Positions 57,163-64,000 of a stretch of DNA of 64,000 nt are shown here, piece after piece (the stretch's first letter is position 1; every line of letters begins with the position of its first letter). The stretch is taken from contig JAEWGC010000039.1 in assembly GCA_023388495.1 (NCBI GenBank), positions 51,304 through 115,303 of the forward strand. The letters are read 5' to 3'. The translations under genes and the position numbers were made by a program. The DNA comes from Bacillota bacterium (GTDB lineage: Bacteria > Bacillota > Clostridia > Tissierellales > Tissierellaceae). The notes beneath the pieces were generated by a model, which was not told where the DNA came from, ran no database searches, and saw nothing but the letters and a program-made list of their open reading frames with translations.

Positions 57163-58050
57163 ATGTATTTTCAGGATTTGATGCTGAAATTACTAAACTA
57201 TTGGGGAAATAAAGGCTGTGTAATATTAGAACCTTATGATGTAGAGAAGGGTGCAGGAACTATGAGTCCTCATACATTCCTAAGGGCGCTAGGACCAGAA
57301 CCATGGAAGGTAGTATATGTAGAGCCTTCTAGAAGACCAGCAGATGCTAGATATGGTGAGAATCCAAATAGAGTTTATCAGCATCACCAACTTCAAGTTA
57401 TACTTAAGCCATCACCAGAAGAAGTTCAAGAGATGTACTTAGATAGTTTAAGGGCTATAGGTATAGATCCTCTAAAGCATGATATTAGATTTGTTGAGGA
57501 TAACTGGGAGGCACCAACTCTAGGAGCTTGGGGTCTAGGATGGGAAGTATGGTTAGATGGAATGGAAGTTACTCAGTTTACTTATTTCCAGCAAGTGGGC
57601 GGAATTAACTGCGAACTGGAATCAGCTGAATTAACTTATGGATTAGAAAGAATAGCAATGTATTTACAGGACGTAGATAATATATTTGATATAAAATGGA
57701 ATGAAGATTTCACCTATGGAGATATATTCAACAAGGCTGAATACGAGCATTCAGTATATAGCTTTGAAAAAGCAGATATTGAAACCTTAAAAGGATTATT
57801 TAACACATATGAAGAGGAAGTAAAGAAAATATTAGAAGATGGTCTTGTATTACCAAGCTATGACTATGTCCTTAAATGTTCCCATACATTTAATGTGCTA
57901 GATGCAAGAGGAGCCATATCTGTATCAGAAAGAACAAATTATATAGGAAGAGTAAGAAATCTAGCAAGGATAGTTGCAGCAAAATATATTGAGCAAAGAA
58001 AAGAAATGGATTATCCTCTATTAAAGAAGGAGGGTCATGATAATGAGTAG
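57163..58050 (+). CDS. glyQ: Glycine--tRNA ligase alpha subunit
   Basis: [17 protein letters not shown]...[19 protein letters not shown]. Confidence 0.97.
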   Translation: MYFQDLMLKLLNYWGNKGCVILEPYDVEKGAGTMSPHTFLRALGPEPWKVVYVEPSRRPADARYGENPNRVYQHHQLQVILKPSPEEVQEMYLDSLRAIGIDPLKHDIRFVEDNWEAPTLGAWGLGWEVWLDGMEVTQFTYFQQVGGINCELESAELTYGLERIAMYLQDVDNIFDIKWNEDFTYGDIFNKAEYEHSVYSFEKADIETLKGLFNTYEEEVKKILEDGLVLPSYDYVLKCSHTFNVLDARGAISVSERTNYIGRVRNLARIVAAKYIEQRKEMDYPLLKKEGHDNE

Positions 58051-60121
58051 AAACTATTTGCTAGAAATAGGAGTTGAAGAACTACCAGCAAGATTTGTTA
58101 GTGATTCCTTAGAGCAATTACAAACAAATACTTTAAATTTATTTAAAGATGAAAGAATTAATTATGACAATATGAAGGTTTATTCTACGCCTAGAAGATT
58201 AACACTAATAGTTGAAGGCTTAGAGGATAAACAAGGAGATTTAAAGGGAACTGTAAAGGGACCAGCTAAAAAAATAGCCTTTGATCAAGATGGAAACCCA
58301 ACAAAGGCATTATTAGGATTCATGAGAGGGCAAGGTGTAGACATAGCATCTATCTATGTAGAGGAATATAATGGGGTAGAATATGTTTATGCAAATGTAG
58401 TAAAGGAAGGTAAAGGAATAGAAGAGATACTAGGTGAAAATATGCCTAATATTATTAAATCTATTAACTTCCCTAAGTCTATGAGATGGGGAGGTAAAAA
58501 CATAAGATTTGCTAGGCCAATAAGATGGTTAGTCTCATTATTAGATAATGAAATTGTTCCATTTAACCTAGAAGGTATTAAGGCTTCCAATATTACTAAA
58601 GGTCATAGATTTTTGGGCAGTAGTAGGATAGAATTAAGTAATGTAGATGAATATGTTGAATCTTTAAGACAAAACTTTGTAATAGTAGATCAGGCAGAGA
58701 GAAGAGATATTATTAAGTATGGTTCTGAAAGATTAGCAAAGGAAAAGGGAGGCAATCTACAGCGTGATGAAAATCTTTTAGATGAGGTAACTAATATAGT
58801 AGAGTATCCTACGCCAATGATAGGTAGAATAAAGGAAGAGTATTTGTCATTACCTGCAGATGTAGTTATAACTCCTATGAAGGAGCATCTAAGATTTTTC
58901 CCTGTATTAGATGATAAGAAAAGATTATTACCTTATTTTATTACAGTAAGAAATGGAAATGAAGATTATATTGAAACTGTAATAAAAGGAAATGAAAAGG
59001 TACTTGGTGCTAGATTAGAAGATGCTAAGTTTTTCTATAAAGATGATATAAAAAGGTCACTGGAATCCTATGTAGAAGATCTTAAAAGAATAGTATTCCA
59101 AGAGAAGTTAGGTACATTATATGATAAGACTAGAAGGGTAAAAAGCCTGGCAGTAAAAATAGGAGAATATCTAGAAGTAGGGGAAGAAACTGAAAAGAAC
59201 ATAGAAAGAGCAGGATATTTATCTAAGGCAGATTTAGTAACCAAAATGGTTAGTGAGTTTACGGAGCTTCAAGGCAAAATGGGTATGGAATATGCTAGAA
59301 CCTCTGAAGAAAATGAAATAGTAAGCTTAGCTATTTTTGAACAATATTTGCCTAGATTTGCTGGAGACGAACTTCCAACAACTACTGCTGGTTCAATCCT
59401 TAGTATTGCAGATAAAATGGATACCATATCAGGATTATTTGCTATAGGAATACATCCAACAGGTTCACAGGATCCATTTGGACTTAGAAGACAAGCGTTA
59501 GGGATTATAAATATAATCTTAGATAAAAAATTAAATTTATCTATAAATGAGTTAGTAGAAACAGCTCTTTACTTCTATGTAGATGTAAATGGATTAGCCT
59601 TTGATTATAATAAAATTAAAGAAGAAATAATTGAGTTCTTCAATGGAAGAATAAGAAATATGTTTATGGACATGGATATTAGATATGATATAGTAGATGC
59701 AGTGATTGCCACAAATATAGATGATATCTATGATATGAAAATAAGAGCTAATAAGTTAAATGAATGGCTAAAGAAAGAAGGACTATCAGAAATCCTATCT
59801 GCATTTAATAGAGTGGCTAATTTAGCAGAGAAGGCTATATCAGATGAGGTTCAAAGAAATCTATTAACAGAAGATGAGCTAGAGTTATATGAAGGGTTTA
59901 ATAGTGTAGAAGAGAAGATAGACAACTCAATTCACAAAAAAGAATATGATAAGGCATTAGACCAATTAATGACATTAAAAGAGCCAATCGATAATTTCTT
60001 CGATAAGGTTATGGTAATGGTTGAGGATGAAAAAGTAAGAAATAATAGACTTGGCTTATTACGAAAGATATATAATGCTATGCTACAAATTTGTGATCTA
60101 TCGAAAATAGTCAATAAATAA
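58037..60121 (+). CDS. glyS: Glycine--tRNA ligase beta subunit
   Basis: [13 protein letters not shown] start pattern. ATG 58043 is an alternative start. Overlaps the glyQ end. Confidence 0.95.
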   Translation: MIMSRNYLLEIGVEELPARFVSDSLEQLQTNTLNLFKDERINYDNMKVYSTPRRLTLIVEGLEDKQGDLKGTVKGPAKKIAFDQDGNPTKALLGFMRGQGVDIASIYVEEYNGVEYVYANVVKEGKGIEEILGENMPNIIKSINFPKSMRWGGKNIRFARPIRWLVSLLDNEIVPFNLEGIKASNITKGHRFLGSSRIELSNVDEYVESLRQNFVIVDQAERRDIIKYGSERLAKEKGGNLQRDENLLDEVTNIVEYPTPMIGRIKEEYLSLPADVVITPMKEHLRFFPVLDDKKRLLPYFITVRNGNEDYIETVIKGNEKVLGARLEDAKFFYKDDIKRSLESYVEDLKRIVFQEKLGTLYDKTRRVKSLAVKIGEYLEVGEETEKNIERAGYLSKADLVTKMVSEFTELQGKMGMEYARTSEENEIVSLAIFEQYLPRFAGDELPTTTAGSILSIADKMDTISGLFAIGIHPTGSQDPFGLRRQALGIINIILDKKLNLSINELVETALYFYVDVNGLAFDYNKIKEEIIEFFNGRIRNMFMDMDIRYDIVDAVIATNIDDIYDMKIRANKLNEWLKKEGLSEILSAFNRVANLAEKAISDEVQRNLLTEDELELYEGFNSVEEKIDNSIHKKEYDKALDQLMTLKEPIDNFFDKVMVMVEDEKVRNNRLGLLRKIYNAMLQICDLSKIVNK

Positions 60122-60164
60122 GCTATTTTTAGGTATTGAGTAGATTAGACATTGGGGGGAGATC

Positions 60165-60788
60165 ATTATTCAATTAAATGAGAGACAAGAAAAGATAATA
60201 GATATAGTCAAAAAAAATCAACCTATTACATCTGAGGCCATTGCAAATGAATTGAAGCTTACAAGATCAACCCTAAGGCCAGATTTGGCTATTTTAACTA
60301 TGTCTGGAATATTAGATGCAAGGCCAAAGGTAGGGTATTTTTACACAGGTAAAACTAGTTTATCCTATATTTCTGAAAGGATAAAAAATATAAAGGTATC
60401 TGATGTAAAATCAGTTCCAGTAGTAGTGGATGAATCTACTAGTATCTATGATGCAATAGTATTGATGTTTTTAGAGGATGTAGGATCCATATATGTTACA
60501 TCTAAGGGCTTTCTATCAGGAGTAGTATCAAGAAAGGATTTCCTCAAAAATGCTATTGGGGGCATGGATCTAAATAAGGTTCCTATGGGAATGATTATGA
60601 CAAGAATGCCTAATATTGTATATGTTAGGCTAGAAGATAGTATTTTAGATGCTGCAATAAAATTGATCGACCATGAAATAGATAGTTTACCTGTAGTAGA
60701 GGAAAATGGAAAGGATTATAAAGTAGTTGGTAGAATAACAAAAACAACTATTACAAGATTATTTGTAGAGCTAGGTAAAAATGATTAA
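60165..60788 (+). CDS. ccpN: CcpN-like transcriptional regulator (HTH plus two CBS domains), probable non-canonical start
   Basis: IQLNERQEKIIDIVKKNQPITSEAIANELKLTRSTLRPDLAILTMSGILDARPKVGYFYTG parallels B. subtilis CcpN from its N-terminus. The only in-frame starts after GGGGGGAG are ATC/ATT (60162-60168). The first ATG/TTG (60252) would delete the HTH. Confidence 0.7.
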   Translation: MIQLNERQEKIIDIVKKNQPITSEAIANELKLTRSTLRPDLAILTMSGILDARPKVGYFYTGKTSLSYISERIKNIKVSDVKSVPVVVDESTSIYDAIVLMFLEDVGSIYVTSKGFLSGVVSRKDFLKNAIGGMDLNKVPMGMIMTRMPNIVYVRLEDSILDAAIKLIDHEIDSLPVVEENGKDYKVVGRITKTTITRLFVELGKND

Positions 60789-60801
60789 AGGGGGTAAAGT
60801 T

Positions 60802-61629
60802 ATGGACAAAAGCTTAACGATTTATGTACTATCAGATTCCATAGGGGAGACGGGAGAGTTATTATCCCGTGCAGCTTTAAGTCAATTTAATTCAGGAAAA
60901 TATGAAGTTAGAAGATTCCCCTTTATTACAGCTGAAGAACAGATAACGGAAATATTTCAAGAGGCAAAAAATGAACCTAGTGTTATAGTATACACTATAG
61001 TAATAGAACGATTAAAAAACTTTATAAATGAAAAGGGCAAGGAATTTAATATTGCAACAGTAGATTTAATGACCCCTGCTTTAAATGCAATTGAATCTGT
61101 TTTACAGTATCAACCTAAGAGAGAATCAGGATTGATTAGAAGATTAGACGAAAACTATTTTAGAAAAGTTGAAGCCGTTGAATTTGCTGTAAAATACGAT
61201 GATGGTAAGGACCCTAGGGGAATAAAAAAATCCGATATAGTCTTAGTAGGGATTTCAAGGACATCTAAGACCCCTTTAAGTATGTATTTAGCACATAAGA
61301 ATTTTAAAGTAGCTAATGTTCCTTTGGTGCCAGAAGTTCCTGCTCCAAGTGAATTATTCTTAAAAGATCATAGAAGAATAATTGGACTTGTTGCTAATCC
61401 AATTAAGCTGAATGAAATTAGACAGGAAAGATTAAAGGCCTTAGGCTTAGACGATAATGCAAACTATGCAAATGTTGATAGAATAAATCAAGAGTTAGAA
61501 TATTCCAAGGAAATAATGGCAAAACTAGGATGTATAGTGATAGATGTCTCCCATAAAGCTATAGAAGAAACAGCTGGACTTATCATAGACCATATGAAGA
61601 AAAATTTCGGAGATAAAATCTATGAATAG
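60802..61629 (+). CDS. yqfL: Pyruvate, phosphate dikinase regulatory protein (YqfL)
   Basis: IYVLSDSIGETGE start, GISRTSKTPLS P-loop and position after ccpN. Confidence 0.9.
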   Translation: MDKSLTIYVLSDSIGETGELLSRAALSQFNSGKYEVRRFPFITAEEQITEIFQEAKNEPSVIVYTIVIERLKNFINEKGKEFNIATVDLMTPALNAIESVLQYQPKRESGLIRRLDENYFRKVEAVEFAVKYDDGKDPRGIKKSDIVLVGISRTSKTPLSMYLAHKNFKVANVPLVPEVPAPSELFLKDHRRIIGLVANPIKLNEIRQERLKALGLDDNANYANVDRINQELEYSKEIMAKLGCIVIDVSHKAIEETAGLIIDHMKKNFGDKIYE

Positions 61630-61657
61630 AAGTGTTAATACAACACTTCTATTTTAT
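61628..61657 (+). terminator. Terminator after yqfL
   Basis: agaagtgtt-aatac-aacacttct followed by a T-rich tract. Confidence 0.75.
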
Positions 61658-61838
61658 TTATAGGGCATAAAGAAGAAATAATTTTTCTTGGTATTAAATG
61701 GGTTCTAAAAATATTTAAAAATATTTATTAAAAAGAAGGATTATTAAAACTTATGTTGTATATATATAGTATGAATAATTTATTATTCTAAGCTTCAAAT
61801 TTATTGGAAGAATACCTACAATATAAAGGGGTATATAT

Positions 61839-62855
61839 ATGAATATAAGATTAAGAATTGAAGAAACAGAAAAGAATAATTTATCTCAATATGCTATGAT
61901 TAGCCAAGATTCAAAGGGAAGAGAAAAGATAGAAGACAAATGCACCATAAGAACTGATTTTCAACGAGATAGAGATAGGATAATTCATTCTAAATCTTTT
62001 CGTAGATTAAAGCATAAGACTCAAGTCTTCATAGCTCCAGAAGGAGATCATTTTAGAACAAGACTTACACATACATTAGAAGTAGCCCAGATAGGAAGAA
62101 CATTAGCTAGGGCACTTAGTCTCAATGAAGATTTAGTAGAAGCCATAGCCTTGGGACATGATTTGGGGCATACACCCTTTGGACATACTGGAGAAAGAGT
62201 ATTAGATAGATTGCATCCAAAAGGTTTCAAGCATAATGAACAATCCATAAGAGTTGTGGATTTTTTAGAACATAAAGATGATAGGATAGGCTTGAACCTT
62301 ACTTATGAAGTGAAGGAAGGTATAAAAAATCATACGGGATGTAAAAGGTCCCAGACCCTGGAAGGACAAGTAGTTAAATATGCAGACAGAATAGCATATA
62401 TTAACCATGATATTGATGATGCAATTCGAGCAGGGGTGATAAAAAGACAAGACTTACCGAGAGAATGTACAGAAATATTGGGAAAAACTCATGGAGAAAG
62501 AATAAATACCATGATTTTAGATATAATTAAAAATAGTATGGAAAAAAATACTATAACAATGAGTGAAGATGTAGGAAAAGCAACTAATGCATTGAGGGAA
62601 TATATGTTTAAAAATGTATATCTTAACCAAAGTGCAAAGTCAGAAGAGTCTAAGGCAGAGTATGTATTAGAACAATTATATAAGTATTATTTAAAAAATA
62701 TAGATGCCTTACCAGAAGAACATTTGAAAATCTATAAGAATATAGATGCTGAAATTGAAGATATTATCTGCGACTATATTGCTGGTACAACTGATAGATA
62801 CGCGGTTAATCTATTTAATAATATTTTCATACCAAAACCTTGGCAAAAATATTAA
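61839..62855 (+). CDS. dgt: dGTP triphosphohydrolase-like HD-domain protein
   Basis: FQRDRDRIIHSKSFRRLKHKTQVF, RLTHTLEVAQIGR and GHDLGHTPFGH. Confidence 0.9.
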   Translation: MNIRLRIEETEKNNLSQYAMISQDSKGREKIEDKCTIRTDFQRDRDRIIHSKSFRRLKHKTQVFIAPEGDHFRTRLTHTLEVAQIGRTLARALSLNEDLVEAIALGHDLGHTPFGHTGERVLDRLHPKGFKHNEQSIRVVDFLEHKDDRIGLNLTYEVKEGIKNHTGCKRSQTLEGQVVKYADRIAYINHDIDDAIRAGVIKRQDLPRECTEILGKTHGERINTMILDIIKNSMEKNTITMSEDVGKATNALREYMFKNVYLNQSAKSEESKAEYVLEQLYKYYLKNIDALPEEHLKIYKNIDAEIEDIICDYIAGTTDRYAVNLFNNIFIPKPWQKY

Positions 62856-62949
62856 AAAAAAGAAGGATTTTTGATATTTTTGTCGAATATATCTTATAGT
62901 GAAAAAATATAATAATAAATTTTGGTAGGTGAGATATTAAGGTGATAAT

Positions 62950-64000
62950 ATGACAGGTCATATAAATGATGAAATAATTGAAAAGGTAAGAGATGCTACA
63001 GACATAGTAGATATTATTTCTGATTATGTACAATTAAAAAGAGCAGGAGAAAACTATGTAGGATTGTGCCCTTTTCACAATGAAAAAACTCCTTCCTTTA
63101 CGGTTTCGCATACAAAGCAATTCTTTCATTGCTTTGGCTGTGGAGAAGGAGGAGATGCCTTGGCTTTTATAATTAAGAAGGAAAACTTATCATTTCCTGA
63201 GGCAGTTAAGTTTTTGGCCAATAAACTTGGCATTACTGTGGAGGATGAATCCCCTAAAAATGATAAATTAAGTGAGGAAAGAAATAGAGGATATGAAATC
63301 AACAAAGATGTTGCAAGGTTTTTTTTCAACAATTTAATTAAGGCTGAGGAGCCTTTGAATTATCTATATAAAAGGAAAATAAGCAATAAGGTTATAAAAC
63401 AGTTTGGTTTAGGTTATTCTCTAAATAAGTGGGATTCTTTGCATAAATATCTTAAAACTAGGGGATATAAAGATGAAGAAGTAGAAAAATTAGGGTTAAT
63501 TGGTAAAAGAACTGGAAATGATGGATATTACGATAAATTTAGAAATAGAATTATGTTTCCCATAATAGATCCTAGAGGAAGAGTAATTGGATTTGGTGGA
63601 AGGGTATTAGACGATTCAATGCCCAAATACCTAAATTCCCAAGAAACGATTATATTTAATAAGGGAAATCATCTTTATGGATTAAATTTAGTAAATAAAT
63701 TTTCAGATAGAAAAAGAATCGTATTAGTTGAAGGATATATGGATGTAATTTCATTATTTAGTAAAGGAATTAACTATGCAGTAGCAAGCCTCGGAACCGC
63801 TTTTACAGAAAGGCAGGCAAGACTACTTAAAAGATATGGTGAAAATGTATATATTTGCTATGATTCAGATCAAGCTGGAATAAATGCTACAAATAAAGCG
63901 ATTCAAGTATTATTAAAAGAAGGTATTGAACCTAAAATAGTGATATTAGGAAAATATAAGGATCCAGATGATTTTTTAAAAGAGAATACTATAGAAACCT
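62950..64000 (+). CDS. dnaG: DNA primase DnaG (5' partial, runs off the window)
   Basis: Zn finger CPFHNEKTPSFTV..FHCFGCGEGGD and a TOPRIM region EGYMDVISL..YDSDQAG. Open to the window end. Confidence 0.95.
   Translation, partial: MTGHINDEIIEKVRDATDIVDIISDYVQLKRAGENYVGLCPFHNEKTPSFTVSHTKQFFHCFGCGEGGDALAFIIKKENLSFPEAVKFLANKLGITVEDESPKNDKLSEERNRGYEINKDVARFFFNNLIKAEEPLNYLYKRKISNKVIKQFGLGYSLNKWDSLHKYLKTRGYKDEEVEKLGLIGKRTGNDGYYDKFRNRIMFPIIDPRGRVIGFGGRVLDDSMPKYLNSQETIIFNKGNHLYGLNLVNKFSDRKRIVLVEGYMDVISLFSKGINYAVASLGTAFTERQARLLKRYGENVYICYDSDQAGINATNKAIQVLLKEGIEPKIVILGKYKDPDDFLKENTIET

Overview
AT-rich window from a spore-forming Firmicute (Clostridia-like). It has two very different parts. (A) 1 to about 23.69 kb is the right-hand portion of a large integrated mobile element. 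It carries ICE-type genes: a membrane-anchored cell-wall hydrolase, an ArdC-like/N6-adenine methyltransferase giant protein that looks 3'-truncated, and a DnaD/RepA-like initiator. Its cargo and immunity region holds an M28-like peptidase, a NERD protein, a SEC-C/YkgJ Cys-cluster protein, a divergent XRE repressor/Cro-like pair with palindromic operators, membrane-protein genes, a stand-alone RNAP alpha-CTD-like protein, a type III ToxIN/AbiQ-like toxin-antitoxin locus and a two-gene Zn-ribbon cassette. A large serine recombinase sits at the extreme right edge. The element appears to split a conserved P-loop ATPase gene, whose 3' part is at 23693-24496. A 3,474-bp three-gene transposon (DUF6431-like, DDE transposase, AAA ATPase) is nested inside it. 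Its insertion can be reconstructed to the base: a 6-bp target duplication, and excision restores the host ORF in frame. (B) 24.5-64 kb is ordinary, highly syntenic core chromosome in the Bacillus-type order: alaX-like, comEC, holA, rpsT, gpr, spoIIP, signal peptidase, lepA, hemW, CIRCE-hrcA-grpE-dnaK-dnaJ, prmA, rsmE, mtaB, HIT, rpsU, yqeY, nfeD, floA, yqfC, yqfD, phoH, pgpH-like, ybeY, dgkA, DUF3048 lipoprotein, cdd, era, recO, Gly T-box-glyQS, ccpN, PPDK regulator, dgt-like, dnaG (partial). The observations most worth follow-up are all in part A. They are: a protein-like TnpV-type ORF overprinted out of frame in the linker of the ArdC-methylase gene; a G+C-rich, hairpin-dense non-coding block inside the transposon; duplicated ~100-bp upstream modules shared by the NERD and SEC-C/YkgJ genes, which lie downstream of the repressor in a rexAB-like position; two cargo cassettes each flanked by 39-52 bp direct repeats, one carrying an uncharacterised Zn-ribbon gene pair next to ToxIN; and a structured leader in front of the alpha-CTD-like gene. 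All functional names come from motif recognition by eye. No database search was run.
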